From Octopus bimaculoides (taxonomy: Eukaryota), in assembly GCF_001194135.2 (NCBI RefSeq), contig NC_068991.1, positions 75,689,418 to 75,723,113 of the forward strand: a stretch of 33,696 bases of DNA, written 5' to 3'. The notes below the pieces were generated by a model. It saw only the letters and a list, made by a program, of their open reading frames with translations, was not told where the DNA came from and ran no database searches. A program made the position numbers and the translations under genes. Positions 20,514-32,656 of the stretch are shown here, in pieces (position 1 is the first letter of the stretch; each line of letters opens with the position of its first letter).

Positions 20514-21857
20514 TTACAGTTCCAATTGTTCAAACAATTGATGATAGTCGGAATGTGAAAATATACAAGCTAACATGCTCGCAACGCATGAATTCGTTGC
20601 TGTGTGCAAATACGCATGATGGTTCAGTCCCTCAAGCCTCATGTGACAAAAAAAAAAAAAAAATGAAAAGGGTCACGTGAACAGGGATTGGAATTTCGTT
20701 AATGAATTGTTTGTATTGTTGAAGAAATTAAGGTTTTCGAAATGTAGACCAGCATTCAGAGTATGGAATATCCATTATATAGAATATAGAATTTTGAAAC
20801 CCATTGCTGTTAAGATTTTCTTCAATAAATATCTTTAGAAGAATCTGAAATAAAAGATGATAATATAAAAATTATGCGACATGCGTATTTTTATATGAGA
20901 TTTTTCCATAAGGTGTGATCATTGCAAAGTATAATTTTCCAATTTCGATAGAGAAAGAAATCTGAATTCGTGAATACTCGCAGGCTGTTCTATCACTCCC
21001 TATTGCAATTTTCCGACTAATAACTGGTTTCCTATTTTGTTTTATTCTATTTTATTTCGTGCACAGTGGTTTCGGCATGTGTATGTCTATGTGTGCATCT
21101 TTGTATTTACGTCTGTATGTGTGTGGGTGCGCAGGCCCCTGCGTGCGCGCGTGTGTGTGAGTGTGTTTATGTGTGATGCTGTATTTGTTTAGATAACATG
21201 TATTTAATAACATAGAGGTGAAAATATATAATTAGCGCGTATGGATAGTATTCGATTAGTATCCAAACAAAAATATTTAGAACTGGTAATAATGCATTGC
21301 TATTGAGAAATACATGGGCATTATGAAATACACAAAAGGGTCCAAATTTTAAAGGCTGCGAGAGAAATCTTCGATTGCAGTTCTATGTCAAAATGAATTG
21401 ATTTTACGGAGAACTTATGAACTTCTAATGCCAGTTTTCGACAACACTCAAGCACTTAAACATTGCATATATTGGAAACCTACATTGGCAGAAACAAATA
21501 ACATTTCCTAATGCTTTTACCATTCTTTACGTCACTGTCCACAATTGTTCGCACAGTCTAGTGACTAAAATCACTGAAAGTCTTTTAGTGTAGTCGTAAT
21601 CTGCTTTATATTAGTATTAGCCATATCTATGTTAATGTACTCGAACATGAGTTCAAAGACAAAGTTTTAGTCATATAAATGTACATTATAGTTATTAGCG
21701 ATATTGATTAAGTTTTCACAGCCAAATACACAGACGTAATTTAAAGTTCTATTCACTGAATTTAGACATAAGTGATATCTGACAATACATGCACACACAA
21801 TTACACATACGCACACACACAGAGCCACACCTTTATTCATATATATATATATATATA

Positions 21858-22386
21858 NNNNNNNNNNNNNNNNNNNNNNNNNNNNNNNNNNNNNNNNNNN
21901 NNNNNNNNNNNNNNNNNNNNNNNNNNNNNNNNNNNNNNNNNNNNNNNNNNNNNNNNNNNNNNNNNNNNNNNNNNNNNNNNNNNNNNNNNNNNNNNNNNNN
22001 NNNNNNNNNNNNNNNNNNNNNNNNNNNNNNNNNNNNNNNNNNNNNNNNNNNNNNNNNNNNNNNNNNNNNNNNNNNNNNNNNNNNNNNNNNNNNNNNNNNN
22101 NNNNNNNNNNNNNNNNNNNNNNNNNNNNNNNNNNNNNNNNNNNNNNNNNNNNNNNNNNNNNNNNNNNNNNNNNNNNNNNNNNNNNNNNNNNNNNNNNNNN
22201 NNNNNNNNNNNNNNNNNNNNNNNNNNNNNNNNNNNNNNNNNNNNNNNNNNNNNNNNNNNNNNNNNNNNNNNNNNNNNNNNNNNNNNNNNNNNNNNNNNNN
22301 NNNNNNNNNNNNNNNNNNNNNNNNNNNNNNNNNNNNNNNNNNNNNNNNNNNNNNNNNNNNNNNNNNNNNNNNNNNNNNNNNNNNNN
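21858..22386. other. Assembly gap (529 N), flanked by TA repeats
   Basis: Run of N. Confidence 1.
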
Positions 22387-22483
22387 TATACAAAATATTC
22401 CAAGGCATTTAATCAAGTGCTCTGATATTGCTCCAACTTAATCACCCTAGCAGTAACAACATCCGTAGCAACAACTAGAACAT

Positions 22484-22506
22484 TAACAATAACAACAACA
22501 ACAACA

Positions 22507-22547
<41 letters not shown>

Positions 22548-22548
22548 A
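22484..22548. repeat. (AAC)n(TAC)n microsatellite
   Basis: Directly visible. Confidence 0.95.
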
Positions 22549-22592
22549 TGTATAGGCATATATAAACACAGACGCATACACGTTTGTTTACA

Positions 22593-22672
22593 TACTTCAC
22601 TCATAAGACTGCGGCCATGCTGGGGCATCGACTTGAAGAAGTTTAATCGGACGAATTAGCACCGACACTCAT
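22593..22672 (-). mobile_element. 3' fragment of the CORE-type (OR-like) SINE
   Basis: cataagactgcggccatgctggggcatcgacttgaag is the reverse complement of the tail at 31915-31968 and matches 28929-29050. Confidence 0.6.
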
Positions 22673-22689
22673 TGTTGTTGAAGCATGGC

Positions 22690-22953
22690 TTTGTCTCTCC
22701 TTGTTTGTCTCCTCTATATTTAGCCCCTTGTGGGCAATAAGGAAATAAGAATCACTAGCAGGCCGGGCGAAATTACTAGCGGTATTTCGTCTGTCTTTAT
22801 GTTCTGAGTTCAAACTCCACCGAAGCTCAGTTTGCCTTTCATCCTTTCGTGGTCGATAAATTAAGTACCAGTTGCGTACTGGGGTCCATATCATCGACTG
22901 GACCCCTCCTCACGAAGACATTTCGGGCCTTGTGCCTAGAGTAGAGAAGAATA
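22690..22953 (+). mobile_element. Nin/Deu-like SINE with an alternative 5' segment
   Basis: From about 22750, gaatcactagcaggccgggcgaaattactagcggtatttcgtctg...tttgcctttcatcctttcgtggtcgataaattaagtaccag...gggccttgtgcctagagtagagaagaat matches the family. The usual aaggcggcgagctggc start is replaced by tttagccccttgtgggcaataaggaaataa. Confidence 0.8.
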
Positions 22954-23164
22954 TGTATCTTCCTTCTACTCAGTAATCTTAAGGACTCTGTTGCAGAACG
23001 TATATTTAGCACTCTCTCCCAAACGTTAAAGATAAAACTGAAAATTTTTAGGTAACAGTCTGAATGAAGCATATCGTCGCTACTCTTAAGCAGCAATAAA
23101 ATTCTTTATAATGCAAACACAATTGCGCGAACACCAGTATACATACACGCGCGTATAAGAACAC

Positions 23165-23242
23165 ATGTCCGTACAAACACACACTCTCTCATTCACACAC
23201 ACACACACATACATACATACATACACACATACACACACACAC
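23165..23242. repeat. CA/CATA microsatellite running into a gap
   Basis: Directly visible. Confidence 0.93.
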
Positions 23243-23920
23243 NNNNNNNNNNNNNNNNNNNNNNNNNNNNNNNNNNNNNNNNNNNNNNNNNNNNNNNNNN
23301 NNNNNNNNNNNNNNNNNNNNNNNNNNNNNNNNNNNNNNNNNNNNNNNNNNNNNNNNNNNNNNNNNNNNNNNNNNNNNNNNNNNNNNNNNNNNNNNNNNNN
23401 NNNNNNNNNNNNNNNNNNNNNNNNNNNNNNNNNNNNNNNNNNNNNNNNNNNNNNNNNNNNNNNNNNNNNNNNNNNNNNNNNNNNNNNNNNNNNNNNNNNN
23501 NNNNNNNNNNNNNNNNNNNNNNNNNNNNNNNNNNNNNNNNNNNNNNNNNNNNNNNNNNNNNNNNNNNNNNNNNNNNNNNNNNNNNNNNNNNNNNNNNNNN
23601 NNNNNNNNNNNNNNNNNNNNNNNNNNNNNNNNNNNNNNNNNNNNNNNNNNNNNNNNNNNNNNNNNNNNNNNNNNNNNNNNNNNNNNNNNNNNNNNNNNNN
23701 NNNNNNNNNNNNNNNNNNNNNNNNNNNNNNNNNNNNNNNNNNNNNNNNNNNNNNNNNNNNNNNNNNNNNNNNNNNNNNNNNNNNNNNNNNNNNNNNNNNN
23801 NNNNNNNNNNNNNNNNNNNNNNNNNNNNNNNNNNNNNNNNNNNNNNNNNNNNNNNNNNNNNNNNNNNNNNNNNNNNNNNNNNNNNNNNNNNNNNNNNNNN
23901 NNNNNNNNNNNNNNNNNNNN
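23243..23920. other. Assembly gap (678 N)
   Basis: Run of N. Confidence 1.
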
Positions 23921-24165
23921 NATGTGTGTATGTATGTATGCATGTATGTATGTATGTATGTATGTTTGTATGTACATGTCGAAAGCGAGAGAGAGAGAGA
24001 ATCACAGACAGAGAGAAACAGAGATAAGAGAGAGAAAAAGTGATAGATAGTATGCATACATAATATGCGTAGACAGTATGCATACATAGAAAGACAGACA
24101 CATACATATACATACACACATATATATCCATATATCTATATCTATATCCATATATTTATCTCTAT
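23921..24165. repeat. (TATG)n, GA-rich and CA/TA low-complexity tracts
   Basis: Directly visible. Confidence 0.88.
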
Positions 24166-25015
24166 ATATCACTTGTTAAAGTGTGTCAAGTTACATTCCC
24201 GGAAATACTTGGAAAAACTGCAACTAGATCAAATTGAACGGAAATCTTAGTAGTCTCTGGCTAAAATATATTATTGACAAAATACCATAATTAAAAGTTA
24301 TTTTTAATTCGATCAGCCGTTACGCGCTTATAAGGAATTTTCTCACGTCAAAAGGTGAATCTCTATTCGCCATGTGGTTGAACTCTACGTTTGACGATAT
24401 TTTTCCTCTCAGAAAAAAAAAAAAAACCCGTTCTAAGATTCTACATTATAACCATACCAACCAAGTGTTTGTAAGCAATTTTGTAGATTTCTAACATACC
24501 AAATATAGGAAATTATGGAATATGATGTTTGTTTACATTTTCGGCAAGAAATTGCGTAACTTAGATCATTGAATCTACAGGACAAAGCTTTGGAAAACTC
24601 TGTTTTGTTTTACTCTGGCCAGTCTGGAGGTAAGCGAAACAAAGGTTTGTTATTTCGTCCTTTTTCTACCTTCCACAATACATGCTGATCATCTTTATTT
24701 TAAATAATACGTGTTTAGTATCTTATCTACACGCCCCCCACACTTTATCTCCGCACCTTCATTTACATCAATCCATCTCTCTTTCACTCATCTGTCTCTG
24801 CTTTCCCTGATTATTTCTCTGACATCTTTTGTCTTTATATATACATACCTTTGTCTTTCCATTCTGAGTTCAAAAATCGACCGTGAAATAGCAAAGCCGC
24901 AGAGATACACATTGAGGCCTGTGACAGTTCAAAGTGAATGTTAATGGTGTTAATCCTACCAGTCTTAGGATGGCCTCCGATGGCTAACCATGACTCTAAT
25001 TCACCAATATACTTA

Positions 25016-25017
<2 letters not shown>

Positions 25018-25063
<46 letters not shown>
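25018..25063. repeat. (CA)n microsatellite
   Basis: Directly visible. Confidence 0.98.
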
Positions 25064-25067
<4 letters not shown>

Positions 25068-25753
25068 AATGGACCCATATACGCAATACACATGCACACG
25101 GACATGCACTCACACTCATATATGGGGTTACAACCTCACCGTCCCCGCTCTAATACAGCTAGGTCTCCACATTTAGTCATTCTATCTTCGAACTTCTTGG
25201 CATTGAGATGTGAAATTTAAGACCTTCTCTACCCTGATGACTAGGGCTCGTCTTAGTCAACGTTAATTGCATCCATACGGCTGCATATTGCGATAAACTA
25301 AATCTACCAATATTATCATGGATCACCGAGCCTCCAGAAACAGCTGTTTGACTTGTAACACTTTTCTTCCACCCCTTTAATTTTAATCTGTCATTTATAC
25401 TCTGTGTAAGTTGAATCCGTTAATATAAATATCTATATATTTATACTTAAATATTCATCCTCTGAAAGTCTCCACCTTTTGCCTTCTCTCATTTTGCATG
25501 TAATCATATATATATATATTGTATTTCATACCCAATCTAATATATTTCATATATTTAATATAGTTCATATATTTGATGTACCTAATTTGTTTATCCACCT
25601 AATTATCTCTATACCTGCTCAATTTGATGCCTCTTAGAGCCTTTCGTTACCCTGTGGCATCAATCTCCTGTAAAAACATCGAAGTCTAAGAATCGTTTGA
25701 GTATTACTAAGTGTCTTCTATGCGGAATATCTGTGGATCTCATCTGTAAACTA

Positions 25754-25804
25754 CGCGCGCGCACGCGCGCACACACACACGCACACAAACACACACAACA
25801 CACA

Positions 25805-25875
<71 letters not shown>

Positions 25876-25905
25876 TTACACACACATATTATACACATAT
25901 ATACG
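25754..25905. repeat. (CG)n-(CA)n alternating purine-pyrimidine tract
   Basis: cgcgcgcgcacgcgcgcacacac... is directly visible. Confidence 0.95.
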
Positions 25906-26649
25906 TATACATGCAACATGCATCTGCGTGCTGCAGAAGTGTATAGTTGTACATACAGATCAGGTTTAATGGGTGCACTTCGTTATAAATACGTTTGACA
26001 AAGAAAACACTTTAATAAAAATACATTTATAACTGACTCTACCATCTCTCACATATTCGTACACAATATATGGCCGGTTATCCCTCTCTTCGGATTATAT
26101 TTTCAGCTTCTTCTACTCACGCTCTCATATTTTATTACTCGTTCAGTTTCCTTAATTCTTACTTCTCTTTTGTTGCGATAAAATAATTGAATTATTTACA
26201 TCTTCGGTCTTATTTTATTTCCAACTCTCTACCAATTGTCACCTTGCTTCTTTCTACAATGCACCAAACCAATATTAGCGAAGGTTAATTTCCTCTAAAA
26301 TTACAATAAAACCAATTTAAACATTTATAACACTTCAATTTTGCTGCAATTCATTTTATTCAAGAAGTAGCCGCAGTCGCCACACATCCACGTACTAAAA
26401 ACCACTTAAGCGTAAATATATATATATGTTACTAATTATCCGTTCTGCCCCCAGACAAAGCCAGAATAAATATAGTTTAATGTACAAAGTACATTTATTT
26501 ATTGATTTATTTATTTATTCATTTATTCATTCAGTTGTTATTTTAAACTTACAAATAAAACCCCTTGTGGCATAAAATCTGGAATATTTTCCTCGCCGCT
26601 AAAGTTTCTTCGACTGCCAAACGAAAACAAAGACCAAAGTTACAGCTAA

Positions 26650-26870
26650 ATTGATTGCCCATTTGATCATTTTCATAAGTTCATCCCATGGAGTTTCCTT
26701 AAGCATTTTGACAGAAATAAATTTTCCATAGCAATTATTAAACTTTTATTCATTGATAAGTGTTTATCAGAGTAGCCTAAAAATTCTGGTACTTTCTTTT
26801 TCTGTGATAACAGCACCAAACAGCTCATAATCAGGCAAATGAAAATCGAAGGCACGAAATTCTGAGTAAA
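26650..26870 (-). mobile_element. Possible mariner transposase C-terminal relic
   Basis: Minus strand tactcagaatttcgtgccttcgattttcatttg resembles the coding sequence of YSPDLAPSDFHL. Downstream KHLSMNKSLIIAMENLFLSK...HGMNL resembles F.S.EEV..AV..FF.SK...GI..L. Confidence 0.33.
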
Positions 26871-27383
26871 GCTTTATATTTCTTCAGTTTTGAAAAAGAA
26901 AAACCCACACATCTATTATATTTAATAGGATAAATTAGTATATTGACGCACAGATGCAGTGAATTTTAGAGTGAAAATGTCTTAACTTAAGTGTATAGGA
27001 TATATTTATAATTTGGAGGCAGTTTCCGCTGTTTATACGACCACAGTTTTGAAGGTTTGGTTTTGCGCATTTAGTAAGTAATTTAGTGCAGATAAATAAG
27101 TTACTAATGATTTTGGCTGTGTTCTTCGTATTCTCAATGTTCTCTTTATGCGTAGGATTTGTCTCAATAAATGAATACTCTGATGATTAAAGTTGTATGC
27201 TTTTATACATGTCGTACGCGACTCAAGACTCATATAAAAGCATGCAAAATACAAAATTGTTCATATTTCAATTTAAGTCACGTATTTCTTTAATTGGCAA
27301 TAGTGCTGCTACCACATCTCTACAGATGCTTTCTATGAAGATTCCATCAATGCTTCTCTTAAATATTTACCACTCCAATGTTA

Positions 27384-27485
27384 CTGTTGTTGTTGTCGGT
27401 GTTGTTGGCGCTGTCGTCTTTGTTGCTGTTGCTTTTGTTAATGTTGTTGGTGTGGTTTCTTTTGCTGCGCGATATTATTGTTGTT
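27384..27485. repeat. Degenerate (TTG)n tract
   Basis: Directly visible. Confidence 0.85.
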
Positions 27486-27959
27486 ACCCATTGCTTTACG
27501 ATTTGTTGTGCTGCACGTGGCATAGAAGATTCGTTTTAACATTGCATTATTGGGTCATTTAGTGAACTTCTTCATATGTTTGTTAGCAATGAGAGAAGGT
27601 TCAATGTCATGATAATTAAGTTATTAATTAGATGTCTTTGATCACGCCTCTAGTTTGTTTATGAAGTTTTCCTATTAAATAGTTTTTACGAAGATATCAT
27701 GCATTGGTTGTCTGTATGTGTGTCTGTAATACAGATATGTTAGGCGTCAGTGACATACATTTACAGAGGCACACACACAAATATAATATTTATATGTGTA
27801 GTTATGTACATATATATGTGTATATATATATTATTTATACACACATATACATACATACAAGCACAAAGTTGTTTCAAGTTTTGAGTCTAACGAACATAAG
27901 GATAACAACAAAATCCTTTTATTATATTTCAGTTTAGTATTATTTTTTGAAAACTGACT

Positions 27960-28850
27960 TTGTATTTAACAAATTCGCTTTTATCTCCCAAACAATTTTC
28001 TTACCTCTTGCGCAGCTACTCAACAACCGCCAAATAGATTCAACTATTTGTTTTTCTCGGTCAACTACCATCGTATAACTAAACTCAGTTGGTCTTTAAA
28101 GGGGAACTGTCTGCTTTTCAAATCCTGTTTCAAATTTAGAAAACTAGTGACAATCGCAAAGCATGGTCTGCTGGTTAACCAGAAAAATGTACCTCTTGAT
28201 CTAAGGTGTGTGAAAGGTGTATCTTACATGAAGAAACAGGTCGTCAGCACTATACATTCCATGGCGTTTTGTCTTGATATAGTCTTACAGCAACTGTAAA
28301 AACTCAACATGTCTTCCGAGATTATTTGTTGTACACAATATAGTCAATTAATGCCAAGCTTTTAAGTCATTGAAGATTGTGTACGTAATTTTACTCCTAC
28401 AGAAAGAGGCTTGAATTTCTTATGCAGTTGAGAATATTTTGCTTTTCCTTGTATGAATTTGTTCTTTGTGTGTTAGAGATGGGTTCATGTCTTACCTCCC
28501 TTTATTATTCGCCATTTGGACAAATACCACTTTTCATGCCCAAACTTGATATTTTCATTCGAAAATTGCATCATGCTCTCCTTCATTTCCGGAGTTTGTA
28601 TTAGCAGTAATCAAAGAATAAACATCTTTGACACGTTCAAATGTTTCTTGTATGATTTGATTAGCTGTTGCCAATTCAACAAGAAATACGATGCGTCATC
28701 ATCAAGTCTCTTCATGTATCAGACATACAATCACAATGGCGATTTTTCGAGAAACTTTCCTATGGACCTTCCTGACAGTGGTTCCTATTCATGTACCTTT
28801 CCCTCCCACGGACGTTCAGTAATCCAATTCCGTACCTCCACATATTATAA
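27960..28850 (-). mobile_element. Unassigned decayed coding relic (RTE-like LINE ORF2 linker or Tc1/mariner-like)
   Basis: Minus frames have protein-like stretches (NWQQLIKSYKKHL..., KAKYSQLHKKFK...EDMLSFYSCCKTIS, DQLSLVIRW, QEVRKLFGR*K) reminiscent of the region between endonuclease and RT. Another frame gives QETFERVKDVY, reminiscent of a mariner N-terminus. No diagnostic catalytic motif. Confidence 0.25.
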
Positions 28851-28851
28851 A

Positions 28852-28854
<3 letters not shown>

Positions 28855-28927
<73 letters not shown>
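28855..28927. repeat. (TA)n(TG)n microsatellite
   Basis: Directly visible. Confidence 0.97.
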
Positions 28928-28928
<1 letters not shown>

Positions 28929-28929
<1 letters not shown>

Positions 28930-29050
28930 CTTTTATTCTTTTACTTGTTTCAGTCATTTGACCGTGGCCATGCTGGAGCACCGCCTTTAGTCGAGCAAAT
29001 CGACCCCAGGATTATTCTTTGGAAGCCTAGTACTTATTCTATCTGTTCCT
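28929..29050 (-). mobile_element. 3' part of the CORE-type (OR-like) SINE
   Basis: cttttacttgtttcagtcatttgaccgtggccatgctggagcaccgcctttagtcgagcaaatcgaccccagg...cctagtacttattctatc is the reverse complement of 31855-31968. Confidence 0.85.
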
Positions 29051-29656
29051 TAAATGTAGATATATTTTTAATACATGTATATTATATACATATGTATATA
29101 TATATATATATATATATGTATAAGCGCACACACACTCATATTGTCTATAATATTCGAAATTCGACCCTTAAATTCATTCCCACTTCAACGTTATTCTGGC
29201 CAAGAGTAGAATCTACAGACAGGACCTGGGTTTATGACTCTTCTATTTATTTGATTTAAACCTATAGAAAATAAATTACAATTAATCATTTTTCGTTTTC
29301 GATACTCTCATTTTCGCACTCATTAAAATGCAGTTGCTGTTATTGTTGTTAAGGCAGAAGGAAATGTCTTAACTCTCCTCTATATTACTTAAAAAGAACT
29401 TTGGCAAAACGTGTCGCATACTTAAGTTTATGGGGTAATTTTTTTCTTACATTCTGCAGAAATCTTTTGCTTAATCTGTACTCACAAAGACTGAAAACAA
29501 TGGCTTATGCCAGAGAAATTTTCTTATCACTTCATCGTATTAATTTGTTTCTACCTCAATTATGTCTTAGGTTTTACTTAAAACTATTAACATCATCATA
29601 TCAAATACGATTGCTCTTGTAGGAAGGTTGAATTCAAAATTTACATCCGAAATATT

Positions 29657-29862
29657 ACTTTCAAACGTTGGCACAAGGCCAAACAATATTGGAGGAGGGT
29701 ACAAGTCGATTACATCAACTCCATTGCTCAACTGGTATTTATGTTACCAAGCACGAACAGGTGAAAGGCAAAGTCGACCTCGGCAGAATTTGAATTCAGA
29801 ATCTTAAGGTGAACGAAATGCCCTCATCATTTTGTCCAGCATGCTAACGATTCTGCCACCTT
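29657..29862 (-). mobile_element. Full-length Nin/Deu-like SINE with imperfect flanking direct repeat
   Basis: ggcacaaggcc...gtcgattacatc...ctggtattt...gaaaggcaaagtcgacctcggcagaatttgaattcagaa...gctaacgattctgccacctt. Flanks are atttacatccgaaatatt (29639-29656) and atttacatcgaggatatt (29863-29880). Confidence 0.88.
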
Positions 29863-30566
29863 ATTTACATCGAGGATATTAACGATTTTTAACGAGCACT
29901 TTTGAAAATTTTCGTTTCAACTCAACACTTTCAATGTGTTCTTTTAAAACTATCTACGCGTTGTGTGTTTCATTTCTGACTTTTCACAATCTATCATCTC
30001 TATAAAGCTTTCTGCTTATGGCTTGGAACATTTTATGAATTTCATCTAAAATGTAAATTCTAATTAGAACATGAATCTTTTGCCGAAGCTCTAGAACTCA
30101 TAATTACATCAAGGAGATCTGTGTTTTTACTATCAAAATACAGCAATCATAAACAAGATTTTCTGGCATGCAGCTTTATGTGTCTTTAGCTGTAGTTGAT
30201 GTATGGCCGTCTTGTGAGTTGAAAGGTGTTTAACAGTAAGTGTTTTGTGACCAGTATATATCATAATAATTATATTTCGAAAGCATCACTGGATGTATAT
30301 AAACGAAGAATGTAAAACTAAGAATATTAGCGTATAAAAGTATGCCTACATGTGGTAAATATTTGGAGGGAAAATAGAGAAATGCATATAAAAATACCTG
30401 TAAAAGTTTACTGCTGCGTTATGTGAGACTGAGATGTTATGACTTTTCTTATCCTTGCAAACACATTTTCAGTAGTTATTTTGTTCTGAAGGTAAATATT
30501 ATGAACAATAAATTAGAACAACAGATACTTTGATATCTACTTTCAACTACTCATATATATGTATGC

Positions 30567-30569
<3 letters not shown>

Positions 30570-30630
<61 letters not shown>

Positions 30631-30635
30631 CATAT
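30570..30635. repeat. (CA)n microsatellite
   Basis: Directly visible. Confidence 0.97.
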
Positions 30636-31167
30636 ACATTTACAAACATTTACATGAATATTAATAGTAATAAATAATACCATACAAGTACATAATAACA
30701 ACATACACGACCATAATTGTATATATATTCAGATAATATTGAGCTGGTCAGAGTGAGATTTTCTCCTAACTCATAACGTAACCATTCCACATTTAGAGGC
30801 GGACTTCATGCGTTAGAGGGAAACTCATAAGTTATAATCTAACTGAGTCTTCATTCAACGATTAACGTTATATACAAATACGCCATACCATCGGTTCTTT
30901 AACTCACAAATGCCAAATTCCAGAGAAAAGTATTAGCAAATAGTTTTGCTCCTTGGTTTTAGAAATGAGAAAACACAAGGGATGCATCCGTATCAGTCTT
31001 GTTTCTCCAACATGGCACTGGATAAGTTTAACAAGGTTAAAAATCACCGAAAAATTTATTTAATCTGGCAATGTGTCACCCCACCTCTTAATATTCGAAG
31101 ACATTATTCTATATTCTTATTTTTTGAATTATTGCAATGAATTGTATTGTGTTCAATTTACTTACAC

Positions 31168-31168
31168 G

Positions 31169-31236
<68 letters not shown>
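31168..31236. repeat. (TG)n(GA)n running into a gap
   Basis: Directly visible. Confidence 0.97.
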
Positions 31237-31723
31237 NNNNNNNNNNNNNNNNNNNNNNNNNNNNNNNNNNNNNNNNNNNNNNNNNNNNNNNNNNNNNNNN
31301 NNNNNNNNNNNNNNNNNNNNNNNNNNNNNNNNNNNNNNNNNNNNNNNNNNNNNNNNNNNNNNNNNNNNNNNNNNNNNNNNNNNNNNNNNNNNNNNNNNNN
31401 NNNNNNNNNNNNNNNNNNNNNNNNNNNNNNNNNNNNNNNNNNNNNNNNNNNNNNNNNNNNNNNNNNNNNNNNNNNNNNNNNNNNNNNNNNNNNNNNNNNN
31501 NNNNNNNNNNNNNNNNNNNNNNNNNNNNNNNNNNNNNNNNNNNNNNNNNNNNNNNNNNNNNNNNNNNNNNNNNNNNNNNNNNNNNNNNNNNNNNNNNNNN
31601 NNNNNNNNNNNNNNNNNNNNNNNNNNNNNNNNNNNNNNNNNNNNNNNNNNNNNNNNNNNNNNNNNNNNNNNNNNNNNNNNNNNNNNNNNNNNNNNNNNNN
31701 NNNNNNNNNNNNNNNNNNNNNNN
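31237..31723. other. Assembly gap (487 N)
   Basis: Run of N. Confidence 1.
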
Positions 31724-31757
<34 letters not shown>

Positions 31758-31759
31758 GT

Positions 31760-31968
31760 ATGTACTTGTGTGTCTGTGTTGTTCCCCCCATCATTGCTTG
31801 ACGACCGATGTTGGTGTGTTTACATCCCCGTAACTTAGCACTTTGGCAAAAGACACCGATAGAATAAGTGCTACGCTTACAAAAGAATACGTTCTGCGGT
31901 TGATTTGTTCGACTAAAGGCACTGCTCCAGCATGGCCGCTGTCATATGACTGAAGCAGTAAAAGAGCT
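31760..31968 (+). mobile_element. 3' two-thirds of the CORE-type (OR-like) SINE
   Basis: gtgtctgtgttgttcccccatcattgcttgacgaccgatgttggtgtgtttacatccccgtaacttagc...gatagaataagtgc...cgactaaaggcactgctccagcatggccgctgtcatatgactgaagcagtaaaagag; matches 28929-29050 in the opposite orientation. Confidence 0.85.
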
Positions 31969-32149
31969 TATATATATCGGTTCTTGCACATGGCGTGCCC
32001 CCTCAAAACGAAGCATCCCCACACATTCGTACACACCAATATCTCTGATGCCAAATCATAGGATGAGAATTATATTGGTCCAAAGCCACTTTCTCTTCAG
32101 TCTTTCTTTCTCTAAATACTTGTTTTCTCTTCAACCATCTCTCTCTCTC

Positions 32150-32150
<1 letters not shown>

Positions 32151-32180
<30 letters not shown>

Positions 32181-32285
32181 CTTCTTCTTCTTCTTCTTCT
32201 TCTTCTTCTTCTTCTTCTTCTTCTTCTTCTTCTTCTTCTTCTTCTTCTTCTTCTTCTTCTTCTTCTTCTTCTCCTTCTTCTTCTC
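32151..32285. repeat. (TTC)n microsatellite, about 40 units
   Basis: Directly visible; source of the poly-Ser ORF. Confidence 0.98.
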
Positions 32286-32519
32286 CTCCTCTCATTCCCT
32301 CTCTTACTTTCCCTTACGTTTTATCTTCGTCTATTTTCCGTTCAAAACAACGACTACCGTCCGAAACGTGATCGTCTCTCTTCTTCTTTCATTCCAAACT
32401 TAATCTTATCGTCATTTGCTCTTTCCATGCCGTTGGTTTCATATGTGCACGTATCCATGTGTGTCTACCTGGTTGAATAAATCTTAAAAATCTCACTCAG
32501 CACGAATTTTCAAATACGT

Positions 32520-32619
32520 CTGCGTATACATATACACATATATACACATACACACACATATACGCACAGAATACACATGTGTGCACACAACCTACCCATA
32601 TTTATATATATATATATGC

Positions 32620-32656
<37 letters not shown>

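Noticed and set aside
25234-25265. Hammerhead ribozyme core (CTGATGA followed by a short stem)
   Set aside because: The required GAAA after stem II and a stem III with an NUH site are missing. Other CTGATGA hits (about 7884, 16922, 27180) fail the same way.
30191-30242. Small host exon between tttag and gtaagt
   Set aside because: The splice-like signals alone are expected by chance in 33 kb; no coding or expression evidence is available.
19613-31833. Long ORFs of 188-355 aa containing X runs
   Set aside because: They stay open only because N bases produce no stop codons.
31946-32371. 141-aa Ser-rich ORF
   Set aside because: It starts in a SINE tail and is dominated by the (TTC)n tract.
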